Shown here piece by piece: positions 47,754 through 58,457 of a stretch of 64,000 bases of DNA. Made by a program: the position numbers and the translations under genes. Below the pieces are notes generated by a model. It saw nothing but the letters and a program-made list of their open reading frames with translations. It ran no database searches and was not told where the DNA came from. Within the stretch, counting starts at the first letter, position 1. Each line of letters begins with the position of its first letter. Source of the DNA: Gammaproteobacteria bacterium (lineage in GTDB: Bacteria > Pseudomonadota > Gammaproteobacteria > Steroidobacterales > Foliamicaceae); the NCBI GenBank assembly GCA_963666765.1, contig OY762933.1:833814-897813 (forward strand). The letters are read 5' to 3'.

Positions 47754-47876
47754 ATCGAAATCAAAGGCAAGCGGATATCGAGCTTTTGTAACTTAAGTTC
47801 TATTTATTCTATTGAATAAAATTAGTGCATGATGTAAATTTACTTCCCAATCTAATCATGCATAAGGATACTGTTC

Positions 47877-49088
47877 ATGATTGAACTTGCTAATCCATTC
47901 AAACCAGGTGCCGGTCACCAGCCCCCATACTTGGCAGGCCGTCAAGCCGAAAAGAGGGAATTCTTACGGCTACTGAAGCAGGACACCATTCTTGAGAACA
48001 TGGTACTCACAGGCCTTCGAGGCGTTGGCAAGACCGTTTTGTTGGAAACTCTCAAACCACTTGCCTCCGAGAAAAACTGGATGTGGGTAGGGGCTGACCT
48101 ATCCGAATCTGCCAGCCTTACGGAAGCGAGCATTGCAACACGACTTTGCACGGACCTGTCGCCAATTACCTCCACCGTCATCGTTTCCAAAAAGCATGTC
48201 TATCCCATCGGATTTGCGGGCAGGGAGGAAACACTGGAGATGACTCTCAACTACGCCGCGCTTCTTGGTATCTATTCACACACGCCAGGGCTGGCTCTCG
48301 ATAAGCTCAAGATGGTGCTCGAAAGTGCGTGGGATGTGCTTTCAAGCGCAGGCGGTGTCCGGGGAATCATTTTTGCCTATGACGAAGCGCAAAACCTGGC
48401 TGACCATTCAGGAAAGGAAGAATTCCCTCTTTCCCTGTTGCTTGACGCCTTTCAATCTCTTCAACGTAAGGGCCTCCCACTAATGTTGGTCTTGACGGGA
48501 TTGCCAACCCTATTTCCGAGGCTTGTTGACGCACGTACATTTTGCGAGCGCATGTTTCGCGTTGTATTCCTGGAGAGCCTTTCTGATGCACATAGCAGGG
48601 AAGCAATCCAAAGACCTTTTGAAAGCATGCCCAATGTACCGACGCTTGACGAGTCGTCAGTAGACACAATCATTGGCATGTCCGGAGGCTACCCCTACTT
48701 TATCCAGTTCATTTGCAGGGAAGTCTATGATGTCTTTGTGCAATGTTGGCGTCGGGAAGAACCAGCTTCGGTTCCAATACATGAGATCCAACAAAAGTTG
48801 GATACAGACTTTTTCTCCGCGAGATGGGCACGAACGACAGACCGACAACGAGACTTACTTTTCGTGATCTCGCACTTGCCGGATTGTGATCGTGAATTTA
48901 CTGTGCAAGAGATTGTTGAAAAATCAAAAGAAGTGCCGGGAAAGTCCTTTAGCGGAAGTCACGCAAATCAGATGCTCTCCGCACTCGCCCGCCAAGGTCT
49001 CATCTTCAAGAACAGACATGGCAAGTACTCATTTGCCGTTCCGTTGCTTGGTGATTACATTCGCCGCAACTTCGAGGTCGCCCAATAG
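47877..49088 (+). CDS. AAA+/STAND-like ATPase (archaeal-ATPase/ORC-Cdc6-like type) with probable C-terminal winged helix
   Basis: ANPFKPGAGHQPPYLAGRQAEKREF N-terminal motif, Walker A GLRGVGKT, Walker B IIFAYDEAQ, C-terminal FTVQEIVEKS...LARQGLIFKNRHGKYSFAVPLL wHTH-like segment. AAGGA Shine-Dalgarno. Low GC. Confidence 0.7.
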   Translation: MIELANPFKPGAGHQPPYLAGRQAEKREFLRLLKQDTILENMVLTGLRGVGKTVLLETLKPLASEKNWMWVGADLSESASLTEASIATRLCTDLSPITSTVIVSKKHVYPIGFAGREETLEMTLNYAALLGIYSHTPGLALDKLKMVLESAWDVLSSAGGVRGIIFAYDEAQNLADHSGKEEFPLSLLLDAFQSLQRKGLPLMLVLTGLPTLFPRLVDARTFCERMFRVVFLESLSDAHSREAIQRPFESMPNVPTLDESSVDTIIGMSGGYPYFIQFICREVYDVFVQCWRREEPASVPIHEIQQKLDTDFFSARWARTTDRQRDLLFVISHLPDCDREFTVQEIVEKSKEVPGKSFSGSHANQMLSALARQGLIFKNRHGKYSFAVPLLGDYIRRNFEVAQ

Positions 49089-49203
49089 TCGAGGCGCGCG
49101 CCAATACCTGGATTGTGCAAGGCCACTCTCTACAGACAATTTACCAGCCCTGATCGTAAGGTGCAGGGGTGCTGCTCCAAGGTCGTTACAGGCCGGGGCG
49201 TTT

Positions 49204-50160
49204 CTATGAGCTGTTGTCGCGGAGACTCACTCGGAAGCGCGAGGGATCCATGCCAACGCTACGGATCACGAATGCCGTTCTGCCTAACATCCCGACTGCA
49301 TTGGCGTGTCTTGAGATATAGAAAGAACCAACCTGGGCCAGATTGACAAACGCTTTGCCCGAAGGATGGACCGGCCTCGTATTCACTGCGCAACTGCGGC
49401 CACCCGGGTTTCCTATCGGACACATATGCTCTTTCAAATGGCCGTGGCGAGCGAGCCACTGGACAGCCTCTTTTAGTACCTGCCACCAGAACCGTACTTC
49501 AACTGTTGTGTTGTCCGGTAAACAAACGCGGGAAACATGATGACCGACCTCGTTCTTAAGCTTTGTGATTGATGCCGGCAATGGCATATATCCATCCTCC
49601 GGTGGCGCCGGAGATGGCGGCAAAACAGTGTCACCCTCGTCAGGACCCTCGCGAAGCCCATTCAACATTGGAAGGGGCTGCAAGCTCCCGTCAAGAACGG
49701 CGGGACGCCAAATGGCCAGCGCATTCCGGCAGGCTTCGGCAATCGAGTTGCCAAGTTCGAAAGAAACAATCCGCTTATCTGTCAGCGGCACGGGTTTGTG
49801 CGTTTCATACACATCCCAGCGTTGGCCGTCCGTAACCGCAAAATACAACACGCCTTTTTGCAAAGTGTATTGAATACCCTGCTGGGTAGCCCTCTCAAGG
49901 CGGTCGCCTAGTTTCTTGGCCTCCACCATGATGACTGGCTTGCCGGCGCTGTTAAGCAGCGCATAGTCGGCGCGCCCTCCAGTAGCTGGATATTCCGGCG
50001 CTACGACAGCGGGATCCTCCGTATCCCAGTCCAGCGCCCGGAGTAATGGATCAATCAGAGCATAGCGGGTAAGAGTTTCGCTCTTGCTCAACGAATCCCG
50101 GTGCTCATCGATTCGGCGTGACAGCGTTTCGATGAGTTCGAGAAAATCGCGAAGCGCCAC
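49204..50160 (-). CDS. PD-(D/E)xK nuclease-fold protein (type I restriction HsdR N-terminal-like domain) with an unassigned C-terminal domain
   Basis: N-terminal TLTRYALIDPLLRALDW...GGRADYALL...PVIMVEAKK (D65, E80, K82 by ORF numbering) matches the HsdR_N-type core. About 170 C-terminal aa are unrecognised. GTG start uncertain. Low GC. Confidence 0.6.
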   Translation of the reverse strand: MALRDFLELIETLSRRIDEHRDSLSKSETLTRYALIDPLLRALDWDTEDPAVVAPEYPATGGRADYALLNSAGKPVIMVEAKKLGDRLERATQQGIQYTLQKGVLYFAVTDGQRWDVYETHKPVPLTDKRIVSFELGNSIAEACRNALAIWRPAVLDGSLQPLPMLNGLREGPDEGDTVLPPSPAPPEDGYMPLPASITKLKNEVGHHVSRVCLPDNTTVEVRFWWQVLKEAVQWLARHGHLKEHMCPIGNPGGRSCAVNTRPVHPSGKAFVNLAQVGSFYISRHANAVGMLGRTAFVIRSVGMDPSRFRVSLRDNSS

Positions 50161-50192
50161 TTTAGATTGCTTGGACTGGAGGGACGGCGAGA

Positions 50193-52121
50193 TCAGTGCT
50201 GTTCGGCAGGCTTGCCGATATCGGCGGCGGGCGGTCGCTTGCGTTTCTTGCCTGCGGCCTTTTTCTTCTTCTTGCCTGTCTTGCCCCAGCCCGGCGGAGG
50301 ACTGGGCTCCTGCCCGCCCATGATCTCCCCGATCTGGAACTGTTCGATCGTCTCGTACTTGAGCAGTGCGTCCGCCATGGCGTGCAGGCGCTCCATGTTG
50401 TCGGTAAGGATCTTCCTGGCCCGCTCGTAGGCGGTATCAATGATCTCCCGCACTTCCTTGTCGATCGCATGTACCGTGGCGTCCGACACCTGCTTGTGCT
50501 GGGTGACGGTTCTGCCGAGGAATACCTCGCCGTCCTCCTCGCTGTAGGTCAGCGGACCGAGACGGTTGGACAGCCCCCACTTGGTGACCATGTTGCGCGC
50601 GATCGCGGTGGCTCGTTCGATATCGTTGGCCGCCCCGGTGGTCACCGCGTCCTTGCCGAATATCAGCTCCTCGGCCACGCGGCCGCCGAACAGGCTGGTG
50701 ATCTGGCTGATCAGCCGCTGCTTCGAGTGGCTGTGGCGATCGACTTCCGGCAGGAACATGGTCACGCCCAGGGCGCGGCCGCGCGGGATGATGGTGACCT
50801 TGTGCACCGGATCGTGCTCGGGCACGTTCAGGCCCACGATGGCATGCCCGGATTCGTGGTAGGCGGTGAGCTTGCGCTCCTCGGGGCTCATCACCATGGA
50901 CTTGCGCTCGGTGCCCATCAGGATCTTGTCCTTGGCCTTCTCGAACTCCTCCATGGCCACCGACTTGTTCCCGACCCTTCCGGCCAGCAGCGCCGCCTCG
51001 TTTACCAGGTTGGCGAGGTCTGCGCCGGAGAAACCGGGCGTTCCGCGGGCCAGGGTGCTGGCCGACACGCTGTCGTGCACAGGCACCTTGCGCATGTGCA
51101 CCTTGAGAATCAGCTCGCGCCCACGAATGTCCGGAAGCGGCACCACCACCTGGCGGTCGAAACGGCCCGGGCGCAGCAGCGCCGGATCGAGCACGTCCGG
51201 CCGGTTGGTGGCGGCGATGACAATGATGCCTTCGCTGCCGGCGAACCCGTCCATCTCCACCAGGAGCTGGTTCAGGGTCTGCTCTCGCTCGTCGTGGCCG
51301 CCGCCCAGCCCGGCGCCGCGATGGCGTCCGACCGCGTCGATCTCATCGATGAAGATGATGCAGGGCGCCTGCTTCTTGGCCTGCTCGAACATGTCGCGCA
51401 CGCGTGATGCGCCCACGCCCACGAACATCTCCACGAAATCCGACCCGGAGATGGTGAAGAACGGGGCCTCCGCCTCGCCGGCAATGGCGCGTGCCAGAAG
51501 GGTCTTGCCGGTCCCCGGCGAGCCGACCATCAGCACGCCCTTGGGGATCTTTCCGCCCAGCCGCTGGAACCTGGAAGGGTCCTTCAGGAACTCGACGACC
51601 TCGGCAACTTCCTCCTTGGCTTCCTCTACGCCGGCCACATCCTCGAAAGTGACCGGAGTCTGGTCCGGATTCAGCAGGCGGGCGCGGCTGCGGCCAAAGG
51701 ACATGGCCCCGCCGCGGCCGCCAACGCCCCCCTGCATCTGGCGCATGAAGTACAGCCAGATGCCGATCAGCAGCAGGAACGGCAACAGGTTGAGCAGGAA
51801 GGAAAGCCAGGCGCTTTCCGACTTCGGCTTGGGCGAATGCACCTCCGCGCCGCTCACGGTGAGCTCGCGGACCAGTTCGGAATTGTCGGTGGACGGAGGA
51901 CTGTAGGTTACGAATTCTCCGCCGCCGACCTGTTCGCCGCGAATTGTGCGGTCTTCCAGGATCTCGACTTCCTTGATCCCGCCGTTGCCGACCAGTTCAA
52001 GGAACCGGGAAAAGTTGATCTCCTCGGCCGGGGTCCCCCGGTTGTTCAGGGGCTGCAGCAACATCATGAGGGCCAGCGCTATGACCAGCCACAGGAAGAG
52101 ATTCTTGGTGAACTTGTTCAT
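50193..52121 (-). CDS. ftsH: ATP-dependent zinc metalloprotease FtsH
   Basis: Walker A GSPGTGKT, Walker [21 protein letters not shown] zinc motif, 642 aa. Confidence 0.97.
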   Translation of the reverse strand: MNKFTKNLFLWLVIALALMMLLQPLNNRGTPAEEINFSRFLELVGNGGIKEVEILEDRTIRGEQVGGGEFVTYSPPSTDNSELVRELTVSGAEVHSPKPKSESAWLSFLLNLLPFLLLIGIWLYFMRQMQGGVGGRGGAMSFGRSRARLLNPDQTPVTFEDVAGVEEAKEEVAEVVEFLKDPSRFQRLGGKIPKGVLMVGSPGTGKTLLARAIAGEAEAPFFTISGSDFVEMFVGVGASRVRDMFEQAKKQAPCIIFIDEIDAVGRHRGAGLGGGHDEREQTLNQLLVEMDGFAGSEGIIVIAATNRPDVLDPALLRPGRFDRQVVVPLPDIRGRELILKVHMRKVPVHDSVSASTLARGTPGFSGADLANLVNEAALLAGRVGNKSVAMEEFEKAKDKILMGTERKSMVMSPEERKLTAYHESGHAIVGLNVPEHDPVHKVTIIPRGRALGVTMFLPEVDRHSHSKQRLISQITSLFGGRVAEELIFGKDAVTTGAANDIERATAIARNMVTKWGLSNRLGPLTYSEEDGEVFLGRTVTQHKQVSDATVHAIDKEVREIIDTAYERARKILTDNMERLHAMADALLKYETIEQFQIGEIMGGQEPSPPPGWGKTGKKKKKAAGKKRKRPPAADIGKPAEQH

Positions 52122-52221
52122 TACCCGGCGCCGTCTGGCCGTACAACCATACAGGAAGGGCCCCGGCGCGAGAAATACGCCGAGGCGGTCTTCGGTTTAT
52201 GGCATGAGGGCGCCGCAGGAC

Positions 52222-52881
52222 TCATTCGGGCTGCGGCACGATCCGAAGATAGGGCTTGGGAGATTCCCACCCGTCGGGGAACTTCTCCCTGGCCTGCTCG
52301 TTTGAGACCGCGGGAACGATGATGACGTCCTCGCCCCATTTCCAGTTCACCGGGGTCGCGACCTGGTGCGTAGCGGTCAGCTGGCAGGAGTCCAGCAGCC
52401 GAAGCACTTCGTCAAAGTTTCGCCCGGTGCTCATGGGGTAGGTCAGCATGGCCTTGATCCGCTTGTCGGGACCGATGACGAATACCGAGCGCACGGTGAG
52501 GTTGTCCACAGCAGTGCGGCCTTCGGAGGTTTCACCGGCGCCGGCCGGCAGCATGTCGTACAGCTTGGCGATCTCGAGGTCCGAATCGCCAATCAGCGGA
52601 TAGGTGACGGCATGTCCCTGCGTCTCTTCGATGTCCTTGACCCACGCGTTGTGATCGCTTACCGGGTCGACACTCAGCCCGATCACCTTGGCATTGCGCC
52701 TGGAGAACTCCGGCATGAGCCCGGCCATGTAGCCCAGCTCGGTGGTACACACCGGCGTGAAATCCTTGGGGTGTGAAAAGAGAATGGCCCAGCCTTCGCC
52801 GATCCACTCGTGGAAACGAATTGCGCCTTCGGTCGTCTCGACCGTAAAGTCCGGTGCCACATCGTTGATTCTCAAGCTCAT
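52222..52881 (-). CDS. 1-Cys peroxiredoxin (Prx6-like)
   Basis: WAILFSHPKDFTPVCTTELG peroxidatic-Cys motif, 219 aa. Confidence 0.88.
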   Translation of the reverse strand: MSLRINDVAPDFTVETTEGAIRFHEWIGEGWAILFSHPKDFTPVCTTELGYMAGLMPEFSRRNAKVIGLSVDPVSDHNAWVKDIEETQGHAVTYPLIGDSDLEIAKLYDMLPAGAGETSEGRTAVDNLTVRSVFVIGPDKRIKAMLTYPMSTGRNFDEVLRLLDSCQLTATHQVATPVNWKWGEDVIIVPAVSNEQAREKFPDGWESPKPYLRIVPQPE

Positions 52882-53047
52882 CAGGTGCCTCCTTGATGAT
52901 TACGGCCCCCTGCTATGAGGTCCGGATTGGCCCGTGAATTGTACCAAACAGGTGTTCTTGCAGGAGACAGAAGGTTGACACGTACGGACAGTTTTCTTCT
53001 ACCCGGATTTGAGGGCGACAAAGGTATTCTTCAAGTTCCGAAGGAAA

Positions 53048-53629
53048 TCAGGCGCGCCCCACCAGGTAGGTCTCGCGGCTGGCCTTTCTGGAAGCCCCGG
53101 GCGTCCGCAGCCGCACCTTGCGCAGTCTGGCGCGAGCGCCAGCCACGAACTCCTCGAATCCGGCGCCCTGAAAGAGCTTGGTCACGAAGGCTCCGCCCGG
53201 ACCCAGGAGCGCCAGGGCCGCCTCAAGGGCCATGGCGGCCAATTCCATGGATACAGCCTGGTCACGATCGCGGTTGCCGCTCAGTTTCGGCGCCAGGTCC
53301 GAGATCACGGCATCCGCCGGCCCAGCCAGCATGCGCCCGAGATCCGCAATTGCAGCCGGATCGGCAATGTCCCCCTGAATCACCGTCACGCCTTCGAGCG
53401 GCTCCATGGGCTCGATGTCCATGGCCAGAACCAATCCGCCCGGCGCCACCCTGCGCGCCGCGTACTGGCTCCATCCCCCGGGCGCCGCTCCCAGGTCGAC
53501 AATTCGCCCGCCACGGCTAAAGATACGGTCGCGGCGATCGAGTTCCTCAAGCTTGTATACGGCCCGGGACCGCCAACCTTCGGCGCGGGCGCGCCGTGTC
53601 CAGTGATCCGCCCAGGCGCCGGCCTTCAT
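53048..53629 (-). CDS. rlmE: 23S rRNA (uridine2552-2'-O)-methyltransferase
   Basis: WRSRAVYKLEELD and VDLGAAPGGWSQ SAM motif. Conserved position between greA and ftsH. Confidence 0.9.
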   Translation of the reverse strand: MKAGAWADHWTRRARAEGWRSRAVYKLEELDRRDRIFSRGGRIVDLGAAPGGWSQYAARRVAPGGLVLAMDIEPMEPLEGVTVIQGDIADPAAIADLGRMLAGPADAVISDLAPKLSGNRDRDQAVSMELAAMALEAALALLGPGGAFVTKLFQGAGFEEFVAGARARLRKVRLRTPGASRKASRETYLVGRA

Positions 53630-53635
53630 CCGCGC

Positions 53636-54112
53636 TTACTCGTAATTTACGGCCAGGATTTCATAGCGCCGGACCCCGCCCGGCGTGCTGAACGAGATCT
53701 CGTCTCCTTCGTACTTGCCGATCAACGAACGGGCCATCGGCGAGACAAAGGAAATCGCGTCGTCCCGCACCCTGGCCTCGTCCTCGCCGACGATCTGGTA
53801 ACGGACCGGCTCACCTTCGTCGAGACTCCTGAGATCGACCGTAACGCCGAAAACCACCCGCCCGTCATGCGGAATCCGGTCCAGATCGATGACCCGGGCG
53901 TAGGCCAGCCGGCCTTCGATGTCCCGGATGCGGGCCTCGACCAGACCCTGTTGCTCCTTGGCGGCGTGATATTCGGCGTTCTCGCGCAAATCGCCATGCT
54001 CGCGCGCCTCGCCTATGGCGCGCGCCAGACGCGGTCGTTCCTCGTTCCTGAGCCGCTTCAATTCGTCGCGCAGCGCCTGTTCACCGGCGCGGGTCATGGG
54101 AACCTGGGTCAC
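53636..54112 (-). CDS. greA: transcription elongation factor GreA
   Basis: GTG start gives [18 protein letters not shown], collinear with E. coli MQAIPMTLRGAEKL. 158 aa. GTGA overlap with the carB stop. Confidence 0.93.
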   Translation of the reverse strand: MTQVPMTRAGEQALRDELKRLRNEERPRLARAIGEAREHGDLRENAEYHAAKEQQGLVEARIRDIEGRLAYARVIDLDRIPHDGRVVFGVTVDLRSLDEGEPVRYQIVGEDEARVRDDAISFVSPMARSLIGKYEGDEISFSTPGGVRRYEILAVNYE

Positions 54113-57100
54113 GTCGCCATCGCCTCGTGCAAGTCCTGTAATCGCGATACCGCGCCTGCGCCGTAGTAGTCGATGGCTCGGCAGGCCGCGGCGGCGGCCG
54201 CCAGGGTGGTGAAATAGGTGACGTTGTTGCGGACCGCCTGGGCGCGTATTTCGCGCGACTCCAGGATAGAGGCGCGGCCCTCGGTGGTGTTCACGATCAG
54301 GTCCACTTCGCCGTTGCGGATCAGGTCCACGATGTGCGGACGCCCTTCGCGCACCTTGTTGATGCGCTTGCAGGAAACCCCGTGGCGGGCCAGGAAGCTC
54401 GCGGTCCCGTGCGTGGCAACCAGGTCGAACCCCTTCATCCGGAGCATGCGCGCCAGGTCCACCGAATCGGACTTGTCCGGATCGCGCAGCGACAACAGCG
54501 CCGCGCCGCCCCGTTTCAGGTCCACGCCGGCGCCTTCCTGAGCGCGGGCGTACGCCTCGGCAAAGCTGGTTCCAATGCCCATGACCTCGCCCGTTGACTT
54601 CATTTCCGGACCGAGTATCGGGTCCGCGCCGGGGAAGCGCGAGAAGGGAAATACCGATTGCTTGACCGAGAAATAAGCGGGCCGCGGAGGATCCTCGACC
54701 CCCTGGCGGTCCAGCGTGCGCCCCACCATGACCAGCGCAGCGACCTTGGCGAGCTGGGTGCCCACGGCCTTGGAGACATAGGGCACGCTGCGCGAAGCCC
54801 GCGGGTTCACTTCCAGGACATAGATGTCCCCGTCCTGGATCGCGAACTGCACGTTCATCAGTCCGCGCACGCCCAGCGCCTCGGCCAGCAGCCCGGTCTG
54901 CCGGGCCAGTTCCTCCTGGACCTCCTCACCGGCGGTTGCCGGCGGCAGGCAGCAGGCGGAGTCTCCGGAATGGACGCCCGCCTGCTCGATGTGCTCCATG
55001 ATTCCGCCGATCAGGACCCGTTCGCCGTCGTAGATCGCGTCAACGTCGAATTCCACCGCCCGGGGCAGAAACTCGTCCAGGAGCACAGGGCTCTCGTTCG
55101 ACACGGAAACGGCCTCGGCCATGTAGCGCAGCAGTTCCTCCTCGCCGTGCATCACGTCCATCGCCCGGCCGCCCAGGACATAGGAAGGCCGCAGCATGAG
55201 CGGGTACTTGAGTTCCCGCGCCAGCTTTACGGCCTCATCGACCGAGCGGGCGGTCCGGTTCTCCGGCTGCCTGAGGCCCAGTTCGCTGAGCAGGTGCTTG
55301 AAGCGCTCGCGGTCCTCGGCCCGGTCGATGGCTTCCGGGGACGTTCCGATAATCGGGGCGCCGGCGCGATCCAGGGCCCGCGCGATCCGAAGCGGGGTCT
55401 GGCCGCCGTACTGGACGATCACGCCTTCCGGCTTCTCGCGCTTCACAATCTCCATGACGTCCTCGACCGTCAGGGGCTCGAAATACAGCTTGTCGGAGGT
55501 GTCGTAGTCGGTGGAGACGGTCTCGGGATTGCAGTTCACCATGATCGTTTCGTAACCGGCCTCGCGCAATGCCAGCGCCGCGTGCACGCAGCAATAGTCG
55601 AACTCTATGCCCTGCCCGATCCGGTTGGGCCCGCCGCCCAGAATCATGATCTTGGCCCGGTCGGACGGCTCCGCTTCGCATTCTTCCTCGTAGCTGGAAT
55701 ACATGTAGGCGGTGGAGGTGGGAAATTCCGCCGCGCAACTGTCCACACGCTTGAAGACCGGCCCTATCCCCGCCGCCTGCCGCCGCTCCGTCACCTGCCG
55801 CTCACTGACGCCCAGCAGATGCGCCAGGCGGCTGTCGGCAAAGCCCTTGCGCTTCAGCCGCAACAGCCAGTCATCGCTCAGGGCCTCCCAACCCGACTCC
55901 CTCACGTTCTCTTCCTCGCGCACCAGGTCGGCGATCTGGCCAATGAACCAGGGATCGATCCTGGACAGTTCGAAGACCTCCCGCTCGGCCATCCCCAGTC
56001 GCAGCGCGTCGGCCATGTACAGCAGCCGTTCCGCGCCCGCCGAGCGCAATTCCTCGCCGACGGTCGCCCGCGCATCGGGATCGGACGCGTTCACCCGCTC
56101 GCACAGACCGTCGATTCCGATCTCCAGACTCCGCAGGGCCTTCTGCAGCGACTCCTGGAAGGTCCTGCCCAGCGACATCGCCTCGCCCACCGATTTCATC
56201 TGGGTGGTCAGCCGCGCGTCGGCGCGCGGGAACTTCTCGAATGCAAACCGCGGCGCCTTGGTCACGATGTAGTCGATCGCCGGCTCGAAGGAGGCCGGCG
56301 TCAGCCCAGCGGTGATCTCGTTCCTCAGTTCGTCCAGGGTATAGCCGATGGCCAGCTTGGCCGCCACCTTGGCGATGGGAAAACCGGTGGCCTTGGACGC
56401 CAGCGCCGACGAGCGCGAAACCCGGGGATTCATCTCGATCACCACCATGCGGCCGTTATCGGGGTGAATGGCGAACTGCACGTTGGAGCCGCCGGTGTCC
56501 ACGCCGATCTCCCTCAGCACCGCGATCGACGCGTCGCGCATGCGCTGGTACTCCTTGTCGGTCAGGGTCAGCGCCGGCGCAACGGTAATCGAGTCGCCGG
56601 TATGTATGCCCATGGGGTCGACGTTCTCGATCGAGCACACGATGATGCAGTTGTCGCGCCGGTCGCGCACGACTTCCATCTCGAATTCCTTCCAGCCCAG
56701 CACCGACTCCTCTACCAGCGCCGAGTGGCTCGGCGATGCGTCCAGCGCCCTTGCCATCGCGTTCTTGAACTCGTCCGCGTCGCGGGCGATGCCGCCGCCC
56801 ACGCCGCCCAGCGTGAACGAAGGGCGGATGATGGCCGGATAACCGATCTCGCCAATTACATCCAGCCCCTCGGGAACGCTGCGCACCATCCAGGAACGGG
56901 GCGTTTCCAGTCCTATGGACAGCATGGCGTCGCGAAAGCGTTCACGGTCCTCCGCCTTGTCGATCACATCGCTGCGGGCGCCGATCAATTCGACGCCAAA
57001 CTGCTCGAGAACGCCCTCCCGGGCCAGTTCCAGCGAGGTGTTCAGTCCGGTCTGCCCGCCCATGGTGGGCAGCAGGGCGTCCGGACGCTCGCGCTCGATC

Positions 57101-57330
57101 ACCGCGGCCAGGGAGCGCGCGTTCACCGGCTCGATATAGACGGCGTCGGCGGTTTCCGGGTCGGTCATGATGGTGGCCGGGTTGGAATTCGCCAGCACCA
57201 CCCGGTAGCCTTCCTCGCGCAGCGCCTTGCAGGCCTGAACGCCGGAATAGTCGAATTCGCAGGCCTGGCCGATCACGATCGGGCCCGCGCCGATGATCAG
57301 CACGCTTTCAAGATCGTCCCTGCGAGGCAT
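54109..57330 (-). CDS. carB: carbamoyl-phosphate synthase large subunit
   Basis: 1073 aa with duplicated ATP-grasp halves; the typical N-terminus [30 protein letters not shown]. Confidence 0.97.
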   Translation of the reverse strand: MPRRDDLESVLIIGAGPIVIGQACEFDYSGVQACKALREEGYRVVLANSNPATIMTDPETADAVYIEPVNARSLAAVIERERPDALLPTMGGQTGLNTSLELAREGVLEQFGVELIGARSDVIDKAEDRERFRDAMLSIGLETPRSWMVRSVPEGLDVIGEIGYPAIIRPSFTLGGVGGGIARDADEFKNAMARALDASPSHSALVEESVLGWKEFEMEVVRDRRDNCIIVCSIENVDPMGIHTGDSITVAPALTLTDKEYQRMRDASIAVLREIGVDTGGSNVQFAIHPDNGRMVVIEMNPRVSRSSALASKATGFPIAKVAAKLAIGYTLDELRNEITAGLTPASFEPAIDYIVTKAPRFAFEKFPRADARLTTQMKSVGEAMSLGRTFQESLQKALRSLEIGIDGLCERVNASDPDARATVGEELRSAGAERLLYMADALRLGMAEREVFELSRIDPWFIGQIADLVREEENVRESGWEALSDDWLLRLKRKGFADSRLAHLLGVSERQVTERRQAAGIGPVFKRVDSCAAEFPTSTAYMYSSYEEECEAEPSDRAKIMILGGGPNRIGQGIEFDYCCVHAALALREAGYETIMVNCNPETVSTDYDTSDKLYFEPLTVEDVMEIVKREKPEGVIVQYGGQTPLRIARALDRAGAPIIGTSPEAIDRAEDRERFKHLLSELGLRQPENRTARSVDEAVKLARELKYPLMLRPSYVLGGRAMDVMHGEEELLRYMAEAVSVSNESPVLLDEFLPRAVEFDVDAIYDGERVLIGGIMEHIEQAGVHSGDSACCLPPATAGEEVQEELARQTGLLAEALGVRGLMNVQFAIQDGDIYVLEVNPRASRSVPYVSKAVGTQLAKVAALVMVGRTLDRQGVEDPPRPAYFSVKQSVFPFSRFPGADPILGPEMKSTGEVMGIGTSFAEAYARAQEGAGVDLKRGGAALLSLRDPDKSDSVDLARMLRMKGFDLVATHGTASFLARHGVSCKRINKVREGRPHIVDLIRNGEVDLIVNTTEGRASILESREIRAQAVRNNVTYFTTLAAAAAACRAIDYYGAGAVSRLQDLHEAMAT

Positions 57331-57335
57331 CGCGT

Positions 57336-58457
57336 CTAGGCCCTGATCAATCCGGCGAATCGTTCGAAGGCATAGCCGAGATCATGCGGTCCCGGGCTGG
57401 CCTCGGGGTGGCCCTGAAAGCCGATGGCGGGCAGGCTGCGGTGCACCAGCCCCTGCAGGGTTCCGTCGAACAGCGAGCGATGGGTTGCCAGCAGGCAATC
57501 CGGCAGGCTTTCCTCCTCCACCGCAAAGCCGTGATTCTGGCTGCTGATGGCCACCTCGCCGCTTTCCAGGTCAACGATAGGATGATTGGCCCCATGATGT
57601 CCAAATTTCATCTTCATTGTTTGCGCACCGCAGGCAAGGCCCAGAATCTGGTGCCCCAGGCAGATCCCCAGCACCGGCGTTCCCGAGTCCAGGATTTCCC
57701 TCACCGCCTCGATCGCGTAGGTACAGGGTTCCGGATCGCCGGGTCCGTTTGACAGAAAAATGCCGTCCGGCTTGAGCGCAAGGGCCTCCGCTGCCGGCGC
57801 CTCGGCAGGCAGCACCGTAACGTGGCGGGCCAGCCGGGCCAGCGAGCGGAGGATATTGCGCTTGATGCCGTAGTCGTACGCAACGATACGATCAAATCCG
57901 GCGCCCTCGGCTCCGCCGGTCCAATCAAGATCAGGGTCGCCGGTTTCCGCCGACCATTCATACGGCGAGGTAACGCTTACAACGCGCGCCAGGTCCATGC
58001 CGACCATACCCGGCGCCGCCCGGGCCCGTGCCAGCGCCTCCTCGGCGTGGTCGGAACCGGTGAGGATGCAGCCCTGCTGCGCACCCTCTTCCCTCAGTAT
58101 GCGGGTCAGCCGCCGAGTATCGACCCCGGCGATCGCAACCGTGCCCTCTTCGCGCAGGAAATCGGTAAACGCCGTGTCCTTGCGCCAGTTGCTTTCCACC
58201 ACGGGCAGATCGCGGATGATCAGGCCCGCCGCATAAATGCGGTCGGATTCGTAATCTTGACGGTTGGCGCCGGTATTGCCCACGTGCGGGACGGTGAGCG
58301 TGACGATCTGCCGGCAATAGGACGGGTCGGTGAGGATTTCCTGATAGCCGGTCATGGCGGTGTTGAACACCACCTCGCCGTGGGTCTCTCCATCAGCGCC
58401 GATCGACCAGCCACGAAACACGGCCCCGCCCGCCAGGGCTAGCACCGCTGGAGTCAC
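57336..58457 (-). CDS. carA: carbamoyl-phosphate synthase small subunit
   Basis: [21 protein letters not shown] and GICLGHQ (glutaminase Cys) motifs. GTG start at 58457 chosen by alignment to the E. coli CarA N-terminus; it overlaps the dapB stop by 1 nt (TAGTG). Confidence 0.9.
   Translation of the reverse strand: MTPAVLALAGGAVFRGWSIGADGETHGEVVFNTAMTGYQEILTDPSYCRQIVTLTVPHVGNTGANRQDYESDRIYAAGLIIRDLPVVESNWRKDTAFTDFLREEGTVAIAGVDTRRLTRILREEGAQQGCILTGSDHAEEALARARAAPGMVGMDLARVVSVTSPYEWSAETGDPDLDWTGGAEGAGFDRIVAYDYGIKRNILRSLARLARHVTVLPAEAPAAEALALKPDGIFLSNGPGDPEPCTYAIEAVREILDSGTPVLGICLGHQILGLACGAQTMKMKFGHHGANHPIVDLESGEVAISSQNHGFAVEEESLPDCLLATHRSLFDGTLQGLVHRSLPAIGFQGHPEASPGPHDLGYAFERFAGLIRA

Noticed and set aside
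47850-50175. Terminal repeats delimiting the low-GC islet (TTAGATTG-like 8-mer at ~47850 inverted and ~50163)
   Set aside because: The match is only 8 nt in AT-rich sequence, which is indistinguishable from chance. No transposase, integrase or target-site duplication was seen.
54658-57339. 893-aa plus-strand ORF opposite carB, and similar long antisense or alternate-frame ORFs (60444-62432 opposite dnaK, 13199-14578 opposite sufB, 46275-47705 opposite the decarboxylase, 50196-51407 opposite ftsH, 7259-8554 in another frame of the permease, 32095-33507)
   Set aside because: All overlap genes with unambiguous conserved motifs on the other strand or frame. They have Arg/Pro/Gly-biased composition and no recognisable motifs. 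They are stop-codon-poor frames expected at ~65% GC.
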